DNA of 64,000 nucleotides from Coriobacteriia bacterium (lineage in GTDB: Bacteria; Actinomycetota; Coriobacteriia; Anaerosomatales; JBAZZO01), in contig JBAZZO010000006.1 of the NCBI GenBank assembly GCA_041658765.1, positions 37,947 through 101,946 of the forward strand, written 5' to 3'. Positions 35,418 through 46,257 of the stretch are shown in pieces; the stretch's first letter is position 1; every line of letters begins with the position of its first letter. The notes under the pieces were generated by a model. It did not search any database and had not been told where the DNA came from. It saw only the letters and a list, made by a program, of their open reading frames with translations. The position numbers were made by a program, and so were the translations under genes.

Positions 35418-36197
35418 ATGGCCTTCACCATCGCGCTTGCCGGCAAGGGCGGGACCGGCAAGACGACCATGGCGGCGCTGCTCGTGCGCGCCCTGCGCGA
35501 GCTGGGCGCGCGTTCCGTACTCGCGGTGGACGCCGACCCCAATGCGTGTCTTCACGAGGCGCTCGGGCTGGAGGTGGAGCGGTCCGTGGGCGACATAACC
35601 GAGGAGATGCTCCGGCTCGCCGACGACAACCGTCCGGGAGGCATGGACAAGGAGACGTGGCTCGAGCTCAACGTGAACCGCTACGTGGTCGAGTCGACCG
35701 AGTGCGACCTGCTCTCGATGGGCCGTCCCGAAGGCTCGGGATGCTACTGCTACGCGAACAATCTCGTGCGAGCATGCATGGACGACCTGTCGCGCAGTTA
35801 TGAGTACGTGATCATGGACAACGAAGCCGGTCTCGAGCACCTCTCGCGGCGGACCACGCGCAACGTCGACCTGCTGCTCCTCATCGCCGACCCGAGCGTG
35901 CGCGGCATCCGCACCGCCCGTACGCTCGACGAGCTCGCCGGCGAGCTCGGGATAGCCGTTGGCGCGCGCTACCTCGTCGTCGATCGCGCCCAAGAGCCGC
36001 TCGACCCCGTGCTCCTGGAGGCCGTCGCGGCCACTGGCATCCCTCTGCTCGGCACCGTCCCCAGCGATGACGGCGTGACCCGCTGTGATCTGCTCGGCAC
36101 GGGCCTGTTCGACCTGCCCGACGACTCTCCGTCGCTCGCCGCCGTCAAGGAGATGGTCACCCGTGCGGTGCCCGTCCTCTCCGGCGCGAGCGTCTGA
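35418..36197 (+). CDS. cooC: CODH/ACS nickel-insertion accessory ATPase (CooC/AcsF family), copy 1
   Basis: 259 aa. It has the deviant Walker [10 protein letters not shown] and the CxC metal motif GSGCYC. Confidence 0.85.
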   Translation: MAFTIALAGKGGTGKTTMAALLVRALRELGARSVLAVDADPNACLHEALGLEVERSVGDITEEMLRLADDNRPGGMDKETWLELNVNRYVVESTECDLLSMGRPEGSGCYCYANNLVRACMDDLSRSYEYVIMDNEAGLEHLSRRTTRNVDLLLLIADPSVRGIRTARTLDELAGELGIAVGARYLVVDRAQEPLDPVLLEAVAATGIPLLGTVPSDDGVTRCDLLGTGLFDLPDDSPSLAAVKEMVTRAVPVLSGASV

Positions 36198-36235
36198 CCC
36201 CGCGAGTGCCGGTACCGATCAGGGAGGGAACGGAC

Positions 36236-37093
36236 GTGACTGCAACGATCATCGACGGGAAGGCTATCGCGGCGAAGCGGCGCGCAGCCGTAGCGGAGCA
36301 CGTGCGCGAGCTCGTCGCGCGCGGCGTGACGCCGGGTCTGGCGGTCGTCATCGTCGGCGAGGACCCCGCTTCGCAGATCTACGTCCGCAACAAGCACAAG
36401 GCTTGCGACGAAGTGGGCATCCGCTCGTTCCAGTACGAGCTTCCACAGACCACCACGCAAGAGGAACTGCTCGCGCTCGTGCGCGAGCTGAACGGCCGTG
36501 GCGACGTCCACGGCATCCTCGTGCAGTTCCCGCTCCCCGCCCATCTCGACGAGGACGTGGTGATCGAGGCGATCGGTCTGGACAAGGACGTCGACGGCTT
36601 CCACCCCGAGAGCATCGGCCGGCTCGTGGTCGGCAAGGACACGTTCGTGTCGTGCACGCCGGCAGGCGTGATGGTCCTGCTCGAAGAGTCCGGGGTGGAC
36701 CTCACCGGCAAGGACGTGGTGGTCGTCGGGCGCAGCAACAACGTCGGCAAGCCCGCCGCGCTGCTCGCGCTCGCGCGCAACGCCACCGTCACGACGTGCC
36801 ACTCGCGAACACGCGACCTGGCGGGCCATGTGCGCTCGGCCGACGTCGTCATCGTCGCCATCGGCCGAGCGGAGATGATCAAGGGCGATTGGATCCGCGA
36901 GGGCGCCGTGGTCATCGACATCGGGATGAACCGCACCGAGGACGGCCGTCTCGTGGGAGACGTCGAGTTCGAGACCGCCAAGGAACGGGCCTCCGCGATC
37001 ACCCCGGTCCCCGGGGGCGTGGGTCCGATGACGATAGCCATGCTGCTCGAGAACACCGTCAAGTCCGCCGCCAGAGTCGCGGACTCGGAGTAG
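36236..37093 (+). CDS. folD: bifunctional methylene-THF dehydrogenase / methenyl-THF cyclohydrolase
   Basis: IIDGKAIA..., [12 protein letters not shown] and PGGVGPMT motifs are present. GTG at 36236 follows GGGAGGGA. The track start at 36206 is an alternative. Confidence 0.9.
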   Translation: MTATIIDGKAIAAKRRAAVAEHVRELVARGVTPGLAVVIVGEDPASQIYVRNKHKACDEVGIRSFQYELPQTTTQEELLALVRELNGRGDVHGILVQFPLPAHLDEDVVIEAIGLDKDVDGFHPESIGRLVVGKDTFVSCTPAGVMVLLEESGVDLTGKDVVVVGRSNNVGKPAALLALARNATVTTCHSRTRDLAGHVRSADVVIVAIGRAEMIKGDWIREGAVVIDIGMNRTEDGRLVGDVEFETAKERASAITPVPGGVGPMTIAMLLENTVKSAARVADSE

Positions 37094-37103
37094 GAGGCGT
37101 GAA

Positions 37104-38051
37104 GTGACGTACCAGGATCCGGTCGAGAGGCCGACCGGCAGCATCCGTGAGGTGACGCTCGGCGCAGGTGCCGGAGCCGTGACCGTGGGCGGAGAGTCCG
37201 CGCTGCCGTTCTACCTGTTCGACGGCGCGATGCCGAACCGGCCGCGCATCGCGATGGAGGTCTTCGACCTCGTCCCCGACGGCTGGTCGGCGACGCTGAC
37301 CGACGCGCTCGGCGCCGTGATCTCGGACCCGGTCGCGTGGGCCCGCGCCTGCGTCGACGACTGGGGCGCCGACATGGTGTGCGTCCAACTCGCCGGTACC
37401 GACCCCAACGGAGCGGATCGTTCTCCCGACGAGGCCGCCGAGACCGTCAAGGCCGTCGTGGCTGCGGTCGGTGTCCCCGTCGTGGTGTACGGCTCGGGCA
37501 ACTCGGAGAAGGACGGCGAGGTCCTCAAGAAGGTGGCCGAAGCGGTCACCGGGACCGTCATCGCCATCGGTCCGGCCACCGAGGACAACTACAAGCCCAT
37601 CACGGCAGCGGCCATGGGCTACGGCCACGCGGTCATCGCTTCGACGCCCATCGACGTCAACATGGCGAAGCAGCTGAACATCCTCATGACCCAGATGGGC
37701 CTGCCCGCCGAGCGCATACTCGTCGACCCGTCGGTCGGCGCGGTCGGTTACGGGGTCGAGTATGCGTACACGGTCATGGAGCGGTTGCGTCTGGCCGCCC
37801 TGAGCCAGAACGACGACATGACGCAGATGCCGATGATCTGCAACCTGGGCAAGGAGGCGTGGCGCTCGAAAGAGGCTCGCGCCACCGAGGAGGACGAACC
37901 GGCCTGGGGCGACGCCTCCAAGCGCGGAGTCCTATGGGAGACGACGACCGCCGTCACGCTGGCTCTCGCCGGTGCCGACGTACTCGTGATGCGCCACCCC
38001 GAAGCGGTGGCGACCGTCCGCACGGCGATGGACACGCTGCTAGACCAGTAG
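37104..38051 (+). CDS. acsD: corrinoid iron-sulfur protein small subunit (CODH/ACS delta)
   Basis: 315 aa with a TIM-barrel delta-subunit pattern. GTG follows AGGAGG. Operon context supports the call. Confidence 0.85.
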   Translation: MTYQDPVERPTGSIREVTLGAGAGAVTVGGESALPFYLFDGAMPNRPRIAMEVFDLVPDGWSATLTDALGAVISDPVAWARACVDDWGADMVCVQLAGTDPNGADRSPDEAAETVKAVVAAVGVPVVVYGSGNSEKDGEVLKKVAEAVTGTVIAIGPATEDNYKPITAAAMGYGHAVIASTPIDVNMAKQLNILMTQMGLPAERILVDPSVGAVGYGVEYAYTVMERLRLAALSQNDDMTQMPMICNLGKEAWRSKEARATEEDEPAWGDASKRGVLWETTTAVTLALAGADVLVMRHPEAVATVRTAMDTLLDQ

Positions 38052-38069
38052 CGCATCCGCAAGGAGAAG

Positions 38070-40025
38070 GTGAGCCCGATGTCCGACGAATCCACCGCCA
38101 CCGAGTCCGACGAATACAGCATCGATCCGACAACGGCCCAGATGCTCAAGATCGCCGACGACCTCGGGATAGAGACGGCGTTCTCGCGGTCGCGCTCCAT
38201 CAAGCCGTGCTCGACCGGTGCGACCGGGGGATGCTGCAAGCTGTGCGCGATGGGACCGTGTCGCCTCATCGGCAAGCACGAACGCGGCGTCTGCGGCGCC
38301 GATCGCGAGACGATCGCCGCGCGCAACTTCGTGCGGCAGGTCGCAGCAGGGGCCTCCGCGCACTCGGATCACGGTCGCGAAGTCGCTCTGGCACTGCGCG
38401 GGATCGCCACCGGAGAGATCGAGGGCGGCTCCATCGCCGACACCATCAAGCTGGCCAAGGTCGCCGGGTACATGGGTATCGACATCGCCGGCAAGGACGT
38501 GAGCCAGCTCGCGCTCGAAGTGGCCGACTGCGCCCTAGCGCAGTTCGGCCAGCAGACCGGCGAGCTGGTCTACATCGGTCGCGCACCGAAGAAGCGCCAG
38601 GACCTGTGGCGCAAGTACGGCGTGGTGCCGCGCGGCGTCGACCGCGAGGTGGTCGAGGCGATGCACCGCACGGCGGCCGGTACCGACCAGAACCACCTGA
38701 CCCTGCTCGACGGAGCCGTGAAGTGCGCGCTCGCGAGCGGCTGGGGCGGTTCGATGCTCGCCACCGACCTGCAGGACATCCTCTATGGGACCCCGCAGGC
38801 GTTGCGCTCCTCCGCCAACCTCGGCGTTCTCTCCGAGGAGAAGGTGAACATCCTCATCCACGGTCACGAGCCGCTGCTCGCCTCGATGATCATCGACGTC
38901 GCGCACGAAGCGGAGATGATCGCGCTGGCCGAGTCGGTGGGCGCCAAGGGCATCAACATCGCCGGCATCTGCTGCACCGCCAACGAGTCGCTCATGCGCA
39001 AGGGCGTCCCGCCCGCGGGCAACATGCTCCAGCAGGAGCTCGCAGTCCTGACGGGCGCCGTCGAAGCGATGGTCGTCGACGTGCAGTGCATCTTCCAGGG
39101 CCTGAACGAGGTCGCCTCGCACTTCCACACCAAGCTCATCTCCTCGAGTCCGAAGGCGCGCGTCGGCGACTCCGAGCACATCGTCGTCGACGAGCACAAG
39201 CCCATGGAGGCCGCGCGAGCCATCGTCCGCGCCGCGATCGAGAACTTCCCGAACCGCAAGGACACGCACATCCCTCACGTGTCCGAGCCGATAGTCGCCG
39301 GCTTCAGCCACGAGTACATCCGCTACATGCTCGGCGGCAAGATGCGCGCTTCGCTCACGCCGCTGAACGAGAACATCGTCAACGGCAGGATCCGCGGCGT
39401 GGCGGCGGTCGTGGGCTGCTCGAACCCGCGTGCCGTCCAGGACTACGCGGTCGTCAACGTGGTGCGCGAGCTCATCGCCAACAACGTGCTCGTCGTGGTG
39501 ACCGGCTGCGCCGCGATCACGAGCGGCAAGCATGGCCTGCTCACCCCCGAGACGATGGAGTTCGCGGGCGAGACGCTGCGGGAGGTCTGCGAGACCGTGG
39601 GCATCCCGCCGGTCCTGCACATGGGCTCGTGCGTCGACAACTCGCGCATCCTCACAGTCCTCGCCGACGTCGCGGCGACCGGGGGACTCGGCGACGACAT
39701 CGCGGGTCTGCCCGCGGTGGGGCTCTCGCCCGAATGGTTCTCGGAGAAGGCGCTCGAGATCGCCACATATGCCGTGGCCTCTGGGGTCCACGTCATCTTC
39801 GGCGGCGTGGGCTCTCCGGTCGCGAACAGTCCGATCGTCACCGAGTACATGATCTCGGGCTGGACCGAGCGCTACGGGGGCAGCCTTCGCTTCATCACCG
39901 AACCGCAGGACATGGTCGTCGCCACACTCGACCTCATCGACGCCGCGCGCAAAGCGCTCAAGATCGATGTGGCCGCCGAACGCGTCCTGTTCGACATGGA
40001 CATGAGGAGGGAACTCAGTGTCTAA
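38070..40025 (+). CDS. acsA: anaerobic carbon-monoxide dehydrogenase catalytic subunit
   Basis: 651 aa. The N-terminal Cys cluster is CSTGATGGCCKLCAMGPCR...GVCGA, and the CooS pattern continues throughout. ATG at 38079 is an alternative start. Confidence 0.95.
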   Translation: MSPMSDESTATESDEYSIDPTTAQMLKIADDLGIETAFSRSRSIKPCSTGATGGCCKLCAMGPCRLIGKHERGVCGADRETIAARNFVRQVAAGASAHSDHGREVALALRGIATGEIEGGSIADTIKLAKVAGYMGIDIAGKDVSQLALEVADCALAQFGQQTGELVYIGRAPKKRQDLWRKYGVVPRGVDREVVEAMHRTAAGTDQNHLTLLDGAVKCALASGWGGSMLATDLQDILYGTPQALRSSANLGVLSEEKVNILIHGHEPLLASMIIDVAHEAEMIALAESVGAKGINIAGICCTANESLMRKGVPPAGNMLQQELAVLTGAVEAMVVDVQCIFQGLNEVASHFHTKLISSSPKARVGDSEHIVVDEHKPMEAARAIVRAAIENFPNRKDTHIPHVSEPIVAGFSHEYIRYMLGGKMRASLTPLNENIVNGRIRGVAAVVGCSNPRAVQDYAVVNVVRELIANNVLVVVTGCAAITSGKHGLLTPETMEFAGETLREVCETVGIPPVLHMGSCVDNSRILTVLADVAATGGLGDDIAGLPAVGLSPEWFSEKALEIATYAVASGVHVIFGGVGSPVANSPIVTEYMISGWTERYGGSLRFITEPQDMVVATLDLIDAARKALKIDVAAERVLFDMDMRRELSV

Positions 40026-42201
40026 GATCATCGCCTCCGCCGCGATCCGCGGCGCTCACAGCATCGTCGGCAAGGCCGAGGCCACGCTCGCAAAGGTCAA
40101 GGAGGCGCACGGCGCCGAGCACGCTGTCGAGTTCCCCAACACCGCCTACTACCTCCCCGTCGTCTACGGTTTGACGGGCGAGAAGGTCGAGAAGCTCTCG
40201 GACATGGACCGCGTACTCGCCATCGCGCGCGACCTTCTTCCCGAGGCCCCCTCGGAGCACCTGTGGCTGCCCTACCTCGGAGGCACGCTCGACGCCGGCA
40301 TCGCCACGCTGCTGGCCGAGGAGTGCATCGAGGCCATGACCTACGTCACCGACGATCCGCCCCCGGTGACCGACCTGTGGCTCGGCGCCGCGGACGACGT
40401 CATCATGCGCGCCAAGGGCGTCGAGTTCGTCGACGGCTCGGCTCCCGGTTTCGCCGCCGTGGTCGGCGCCGCTCCCGACAACGCGACCGCGGTCAGACTC
40501 GCCCGGGAGATGCAGGAGAAGATGCTCTACGTCTTCATGGCCGGTCACGACGGCGGTGTCGCGTTCGGAGAGCAACTCGCCGCCGAGGACATCCAGCTCG
40601 GATGGGACTCCCGTCTCGTCCCGTTCGGCAAGGAGGTCTACAGCCAGATCTACTCCGTCGGCTTCGCCACCCGTGCCGCCATGGCGTTCGGCGGCGTCCA
40701 GCCGGGCGACTACGAGCGCATCCTGGCCTACAACAAGAGCCGCGTCTTCGCGTTCGTGCTCGCGCTCGGAGAGGTCACCGACGAGTGGTACGCGACCGCG
40801 GCCGGCGCCATCAGCTACGGCTTCCCGACCATAGCCACGAGCGACATCCCGCAGATCCTGCCCACCGGCGTGTGCACCTACGAGCACGTGGTGTCCAACA
40901 TCGGCTGCGACGAGCTCGTGCAGAAGGCCGTCGAGGTCCGCGGTCTGAAGATCAAGGTCATCGACATGCCCATCCCGGTGAGCTACGGTCCCGCGTTCGA
41001 GGGCGAGCGCGTGCGCCGCGAGGACACCCATGCCGAGGCCGGCGGCCAGAAGAGCACCGCCTTCGAACTTCTGCGCACCCGCGACGCTGCCGAGGTCACG
41101 GACGGCAGGATCGAGGTCATCGGGCCGGAGCTCGACGAACTCGAAGAGGGCGCGCTCGTCCCGCTCGGCATCGTCGTGGACGTGGCCGGCCGCAAGATGC
41201 AGTCCGACTTCGAGCCGGTCATCGAGCGCCAGTTTCACCACCTCATGAACTTCGCGGAGGGCGTTCTCCACATGGGGCAGCGCGACCTGATCTGGCTGCG
41301 CATCAGCAAGGCGGCGAAGGAGAAGGGTTTCCGGTTCCACCACCTCGGCGACCTCCTGCACGCCAAGCTGCTCGACGAGTTCGACGCCATCGTCGACAAG
41401 GTGCAGGTCACGATCTACACCGAGCAGGCCAAGGTCGACGAGATGATCGTCGAGGCGCGCGCGATCTACGACGTACGCGACGAGCGGATGGCGGGCCTCA
41501 ACGACGACACCGTCGACGTCTTCTACTCGTGCTCGCTGTGCCAGAGCTTCGCGCCCAACCATCTCTGCGTGGTGACGCCCGAGCGTCTCGGCCTGTGCGG
41601 CGCCTACAACTGGCTCGACGCCAAGGCGAGCAACGAACTCAAGCCCACCGGCCCCAACCAGCCCATCACGAAGGGCGCGCTCCTCGAGGAGCGCCTCGGT
41701 CAGTGGTCCGGGGTCAACGAGTTCATCTGGGAGAAGTCGGGCCGCACGATCGAGAGGATGAGCTGCTACTCCCTCATGACCGACCCGATGACGAGCTGCG
41801 GCTGCTTCATGTGCATCATCGCCCTCCTGCCGATGTGCAACGGCGTGATGATCGTGAACAGGGAGTTCGCCGGCATGACCCCGTCGGGCATGAAGTTCTC
41901 CACGCTCGCCGGCATGATCGGCGGCGGAGTGCAGGCGCCGGGCTTCATGGGCGTGGGCCGCGGATACCTTACGAGCCGCAAGCTCCTCTACGCCGAGGGC
42001 GGCCTGTCGCGCGTGGTCTGGATGCCCAAGGAGCTCAAGGAGACGATAGCGTCCTCTCTCAAGCCCCGCATGGAGGAGATGGGCGATCCCGGCTTCCTCG
42101 ACAAGATCTGTGACGAGACCATCGCCGAGACCGAGGACGCCGTGCTCGAGTTCCTCACGAGCGTGAACCACCCCGCCCTTTCCATGGACCCGCTCTTCTA
42201 G
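40018..42201 (+). CDS. acsB: acetyl-CoA synthase (ACS alpha subunit)
   Basis: 727 aa. FPNTAYYLPVVYG is present. The A-cluster Cys region is CSLCQSFAPNHLCVVTPERLGLCG...SCGCF. It overlaps acsA by 8 nt. Confidence 0.95.
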   Translation: MSKIIASAAIRGAHSIVGKAEATLAKVKEAHGAEHAVEFPNTAYYLPVVYGLTGEKVEKLSDMDRVLAIARDLLPEAPSEHLWLPYLGGTLDAGIATLLAEECIEAMTYVTDDPPPVTDLWLGAADDVIMRAKGVEFVDGSAPGFAAVVGAAPDNATAVRLAREMQEKMLYVFMAGHDGGVAFGEQLAAEDIQLGWDSRLVPFGKEVYSQIYSVGFATRAAMAFGGVQPGDYERILAYNKSRVFAFVLALGEVTDEWYATAAGAISYGFPTIATSDIPQILPTGVCTYEHVVSNIGCDELVQKAVEVRGLKIKVIDMPIPVSYGPAFEGERVRREDTHAEAGGQKSTAFELLRTRDAAEVTDGRIEVIGPELDELEEGALVPLGIVVDVAGRKMQSDFEPVIERQFHHLMNFAEGVLHMGQRDLIWLRISKAAKEKGFRFHHLGDLLHAKLLDEFDAIVDKVQVTIYTEQAKVDEMIVEARAIYDVRDERMAGLNDDTVDVFYSCSLCQSFAPNHLCVVTPERLGLCGAYNWLDAKASNELKPTGPNQPITKGALLEERLGQWSGVNEFIWEKSGRTIERMSCYSLMTDPMTSCGCFMCIIALLPMCNGVMIVNREFAGMTPSGMKFSTLAGMIGGGVQAPGFMGVGRGYLTSRKLLYAEGGLSRVVWMPKELKETIASSLKPRMEEMGDPGFLDKICDETIAETEDAVLEFLTSVNHPALSMDPLF

Positions 42202-42229
42202 GGCGCGAGCAGCAAAAGGAGTGAGCCGG

Positions 42230-43579
42230 ATGGCTCTCAGCGGCATCGAGATATTCAAACAGCTCCCCAAGACCAACTGCGGCGACTGCGGTGTTCCCAC
42301 CTGCCTGGCTTTCGCCATGAAGCTCGCGCAGGGCCAGGCTGAGCTCGCTGCGTGCCCCCACATCTCCGACGAGGCGAAGGCAGCCCTGGCCTCGGCGGCG
42401 GCGCCGCCCATGCGCGCCGTGACGGTGGGCAAGGGCGACGCGGCGTTCACCGTGGGCGAGGAGACCGTCGTCTTCCGGCACGATCGGACCTTCGTCAACC
42501 CGTGCGCGATCGGCGTGAGCGTCGACGCGAGTGCGGCCGACGAAGGGATCGACGCCGTGGTCGCACAGGCCGAAGCGGCGAGCTTCGAGCGCGTCCAGCA
42601 GCACCTGGCCTGCGGGTTCGTGGCCGTGCGCGGCGACGGCGATGCCGCCCGCTACAAGGCGGCCGTCGAGCGCGTGATGTCGAAGACGTCCCTGCCGCTC
42701 GTGCTGATGACCGAAGACGCCGCCGAGGCGGGGGCCGCTCTGGAATCCGCCGCCGCCGCCGGGCGCCCGCTCCTGTGTGCTGCGACCGCCGCGAACGCCG
42801 ACGCCATGATCGAGTTGGCCAAGCGGCACTCCTGCCCTCTCGTGGTCCGCGGCGACGGGCTGGCCGAAGTGGCCGCGCTCACCGCCAAGGCGAAAGCGGC
42901 CGGCGTCGAGGACCTCGTCATCGACAGCGCTCCGAAGACCGCCGGCGCTGCCCTGCGCGACGCGGTGTTCGCGCGCCGCTGCGCGCTCGTCAAGAAGTTC
43001 GCGGAGCTCGGCTATCCCACCATCTGCTTCCCCTGCGACCTCGCCGGCGGCGACGCCATGCTCGAGACGGCGTACGCCGCTGTGGATGTCGCCAAGTACG
43101 GCAGCATCATCGTCCTGTCGGGCGCGGAGCCGTGGCGGATGCTTCCCCTGCTGGTCCTGCGTCAGAACATCTTCACCGATCCGCAGCGCCCGATGCAGGC
43201 CGAGTCGAAGATCTACGCCATCAACGATCCCGGGCCGGAGGCACCCTTCCTCGTCACCACCAACTTCTCGCTCACGTACTTCATCGTCTCCTCGGAGATA
43301 GAGGGCGGGAGGATGCCGGCCTACCTCGGCATCGTCGATGCGGAGGGCCTGTCGGTCCTCACCGCGTGGGCGGCCGGCAAGTTCGTCCCGGAGCGGATAG
43401 CCAAGTTCGTCAAGGACACCGGCATCGCCGAGACGGTCTCGCATCGCGAGATCATCATCCCCGGCGCCGTCGCCCAGATCAGTGGCGAGCTCGCGGAGGA
43501 ACTTGACGGGTGGACCGTGACCGTGGGTCCCTACGAGGCGGCCGAGCTGCCGGCCTTCCTCAAGAGACGTGCCGGCTAA
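42230..43579 (+). CDS. acsC: corrinoid iron-sulfur protein large subunit (CODH/ACS gamma)
   Basis: The N-terminal 4Fe-4S motif is TNCGDCGVPTCLAFAMKL. ATG at 42230 follows AAAGGAG. The track start is 42221. Confidence 0.9.
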   Translation: MALSGIEIFKQLPKTNCGDCGVPTCLAFAMKLAQGQAELAACPHISDEAKAALASAAAPPMRAVTVGKGDAAFTVGEETVVFRHDRTFVNPCAIGVSVDASAADEGIDAVVAQAEAASFERVQQHLACGFVAVRGDGDAARYKAAVERVMSKTSLPLVLMTEDAAEAGAALESAAAAGRPLLCAATAANADAMIELAKRHSCPLVVRGDGLAEVAALTAKAKAAGVEDLVIDSAPKTAGAALRDAVFARRCALVKKFAELGYPTICFPCDLAGGDAMLETAYAAVDVAKYGSIIVLSGAEPWRMLPLLVLRQNIFTDPQRPMQAESKIYAINDPGPEAPFLVTTNFSLTYFIVSSEIEGGRMPAYLGIVDAEGLSVLTAWAAGKFVPERIAKFVKDTGIAETVSHREIIIPGAVAQISGELAEELDGWTVTVGPYEAAELPAFLKRRAG

Positions 43580-43600
43580 CGCACGCGAGACCGAGGGACG

Positions 43601-45601
43601 GTGGTCCTCATGGCGGCGCAGAAGACCGGTGGATCGCTCGACTGGTCTCCCATGCCGCCCACTGTCTTCGCGCCATGCCGCTCGAAGTGCCCGGCGCACG
43701 TCGACGTCCCGGGCTACATCACCGCGATCGCCGAAGGCCGGTTCACGGATGCGCTCGAGATCGTGCTCGAGCGCAACCCTCTTCCGAGCGTGTGCGGGCG
43801 TATCTGCCTGCGTCCTTGCGAGGAGGGCTGTAGGCGCTGTCTGCTCGACGAACCGGTCGCCATCGCCATGCTCAAGCGAGCGGCGGCCGATTTCGGCGCC
43901 TACCAGCACCCCAAGCCTCGGGCCCTGCGCAAGGAGTCGGTCGCGGTGGTGGGCTCAGGCCCCGCGGGCCTGACCGTCGCGCACGACCTGGCCGCCCAAG
44001 GCCTTCGCGTGACCATCATCGAAGCCAAGCCCAAGCTCGGAGGCATGCTCCGATACGGCATCCCCGAGTACCGCCTGCCCGGCAAGGCCCTCGACCGGGA
44101 CATCAGCCACATCCTCTCGCTGGGGGTGGAGGTGCGCACCGGCGTCAAGGTCGGAGCAGACGTGACGCTGGCGCGACTCGGCGAGGAGCACGACGCCGTC
44201 GTGGTGACCGCCGGTCTCCAGAGCAGCCGCGTCCTGGAGATCCCCGGCGCCCACCTGCCGCGGGTCCTGGCCGCGCTGCCGTTCCTGGAGGCGGCGGCGT
44301 GCGGAGAGAGGACCGGCATCGGGAAGCGCGTCGTCGTGGTGGGCGGCGGTAACGTGGCGATGGACGTGGCGCGCACGGCCCGACGGCTCGGCGCGGCGCA
44401 GGTCGATGTCGTCTGTCTCGAGAGCGCAGAGGAGATGCCCGCCTCGCGACAGGAGGTCGAGGAGGCGAGGCTCGAGGGCGTCGGGGTGCACTGTTCGTGG
44501 GGTCCGCGCGAGATCTTGGGCGAAGAGGATGTCTCCGCTCTCGACGTGGTCCGGTGCACGTCGGTCTTCGATGAGGACCGGCGGTTCTCGCCTGTGTTCG
44601 ACGAGAGCGAGACGCGTCGCTTCGAGGCCGACACCGTCATCTTCGCCACGGGGCAGGGCGCCGACATCGGCGATCTCGGCATCGAGACCACGCCGCGCGG
44701 AGGTGCGGTCATAGACCCGCAGACCATGAAGACGTCGATCGAAGGTGTCTACGCCGCCGGAGACGTGGTGACGGGCCCGACCAAGGTCATCGACGCCATC
44801 GCCGAAGGCCACCGGGTGGCCGCGTGCGTGATACGGGACCTGACCGGGGACACCGCGTTGCTCGACGGGCTCGACCAGGAGAGCGACACGCTGGGCGAGG
44901 TGCCCGAGAGCATGCGGTACAAGGTCGTGACCCGCAGGCGCGTCCAGATGGAGAGGCTCGAGTTCTACGAGGCCGTCGGCACTTTCGACGAGATCGAAGC
45001 AGGCTACACCGAATACGAGGCCGCCCGCGAGGCCCAGAGGTGCCTCGGCTGCACGACCGGCGCTCGGCTGGTGCGTGAGAAGTGCGCGTCGTGCCTCACC
45101 TGCGTGCGCGTGTGCCCCCACAACGCGCCCAACGTGAAGTACCGCGGCTATCTGATCTTCGACGCGGAGGCGTGCCACGCGTGCGGCGCCTGCGCGTCGC
45201 AGTGTCCGGCGCACGCCATCAACATCGAGGGCCACTCGGAAGAGGAGATGGATCGCCGCGTCGAGACGGTCCTGGCCGGCAGCGCCGGCGACGCGACCAT
45301 GCAGTTCGCCTGCGGGTGCACGCCTCTCCTCCCCGAGCTGGGCTTGAGCGACCCGCGGACCCTGACGGTCACATGTCTGCTCCGCGTGAGCGAGGCGACG
45401 GTGCTCCGCGCGCTCCAGCACGGAGCTGGACGAGTGGTCTTCACCGGTTGCGTCGAGGTCAACTGCCGCTATCCCTACGCGCGCGAACTGGTCGCGCGCC
45501 GGGAGGCCGACATCCGTGCGCTGCTCAGGCAGATGGGGATGGATGACGCCCTCATCGTCCCCGAGGCGACCGACGAGGACGAAGGAGTGCACCTGAGATG
45601 A
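43601..45601 (+). CDS. fusion protein: GltD/NfnB-like NAD(P)H flavin oxidoreductase + 2x[4Fe-4S] ferredoxin + MvhD-like domain
   Basis: The N-terminal Fe-S region reads CPAHVDVPGY...CGRICLRPCE. Two Rossmann motifs are seen (VAVVGSGPAGL, VVVVGGGNVAMD). CASCLTCVRVCP and CHACGACASQCP follow. The C-terminal ...VVFTGCVEVNCRYPY is MvhD/FlpD-like. ATG at 43610 is an alternative start. Confidence 0.8.
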   Translation: MVLMAAQKTGGSLDWSPMPPTVFAPCRSKCPAHVDVPGYITAIAEGRFTDALEIVLERNPLPSVCGRICLRPCEEGCRRCLLDEPVAIAMLKRAAADFGAYQHPKPRALRKESVAVVGSGPAGLTVAHDLAAQGLRVTIIEAKPKLGGMLRYGIPEYRLPGKALDRDISHILSLGVEVRTGVKVGADVTLARLGEEHDAVVVTAGLQSSRVLEIPGAHLPRVLAALPFLEAAACGERTGIGKRVVVVGGGNVAMDVARTARRLGAAQVDVVCLESAEEMPASRQEVEEARLEGVGVHCSWGPREILGEEDVSALDVVRCTSVFDEDRRFSPVFDESETRRFEADTVIFATGQGADIGDLGIETTPRGGAVIDPQTMKTSIEGVYAAGDVVTGPTKVIDAIAEGHRVAACVIRDLTGDTALLDGLDQESDTLGEVPESMRYKVVTRRRVQMERLEFYEAVGTFDEIEAGYTEYEAAREAQRCLGCTTGARLVREKCASCLTCVRVCPHNAPNVKYRGYLIFDAEACHACGACASQCPAHAINIEGHSEEEMDRRVETVLAGSAGDATMQFACGCTPLLPELGLSDPRTLTVTCLLRVSEATVLRALQHGAGRVVFTGCVEVNCRYPYARELVARREADIRALLRQMGMDDALIVPEATDEDEGVHLR

Positions 45602-46257
45602 TCGTGGTGCGCGCGAAACCTCTCGAGGAGGTCTTCGACATGGTCGTCGCTCACGAGCGAGTCCTTCTCGTGGGCTGCAACACGTGCGCCGCCGTCTCCT
45701 TGGCCGGCGGGGAGATGGAGGTCGCCACGCTCGTCGAGGCGCTCCGCTTGATGGCCGCGCGCCGCGGCCGCGCGATCGAGTTCACCGGCTCGGTCCTGCA
45801 GCGCCAGTGCGAGCCCGAGTTCCTCGAGGAGCTCGGGGACGAGGGGTACGACGCCGTGCTCTCGCTGGGGTGCGGCGCGGGCGTGGCCCTGCTCTCCGAC
45901 ACCACGAAGGTTCCGGTGTATCCGGCGCTCGACACCATGTTCATCGGCGCGGCCAAGGGATTCGCCTCGTGGCAGGCCGAGTGTTCGGCATGCGGCCAGT
46001 GCGTGCTCGGCCGCACCGCCGGCATCTGCCCGATCACGCGTTGCGCGAAGGGCATCATGAACGGCCCGTGCGGCGGCGTGAAGGACGGCCGCTGCGAGCT
46101 TGGCGACCGCGACTGCGCCTGGGTGCTCATCTACGAGCGTCTCGAGGCCCAAGGCCGCCTCGGCGAGTTCGGGCGGTTCGGCGAGGCGAAGGACCACTCC
46201 GTCCGCTCGAAGTGCGACGTGTGGGACATGAGCGACAAGGGGGGTGAGCCGAAGTGA
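45598..46257 (+). CDS. metV: methylene-THF reductase small subunit MetV (Cys-rich C-terminal-domain protein)
   Basis: 219 aa. CNTCAA...CSACGQCVLGRTAGICPITRCAKGIMNGPCGG is present. ATGA overlap upstream and GTGA overlap downstream. Confidence 0.85.
   Translation: MIVVRAKPLEEVFDMVVAHERVLLVGCNTCAAVSLAGGEMEVATLVEALRLMAARRGRAIEFTGSVLQRQCEPEFLEELGDEGYDAVLSLGCGAGVALLSDTTKVPVYPALDTMFIGAAKGFASWQAECSACGQCVLGRTAGICPITRCAKGIMNGPCGGVKDGRCELGDRDCAWVLIYERLEAQGRLGEFGRFGEAKDHSVRSKCDVWDMSDKGGEPK

Noticed and set aside
40015-42498. 827-aa minus-strand ORF
   Set aside because: It is antisense to acsB/acsC, and its composition is dominated by Ala/Gly/Asp/His/Arg/Leu. This is the same GC artefact. The same reasoning applies to 26684-29119, 31592-33664, 42155-43909, 43955-45592, 9119-11149, 61712-63652, 34854-35993 and 38535-40031.
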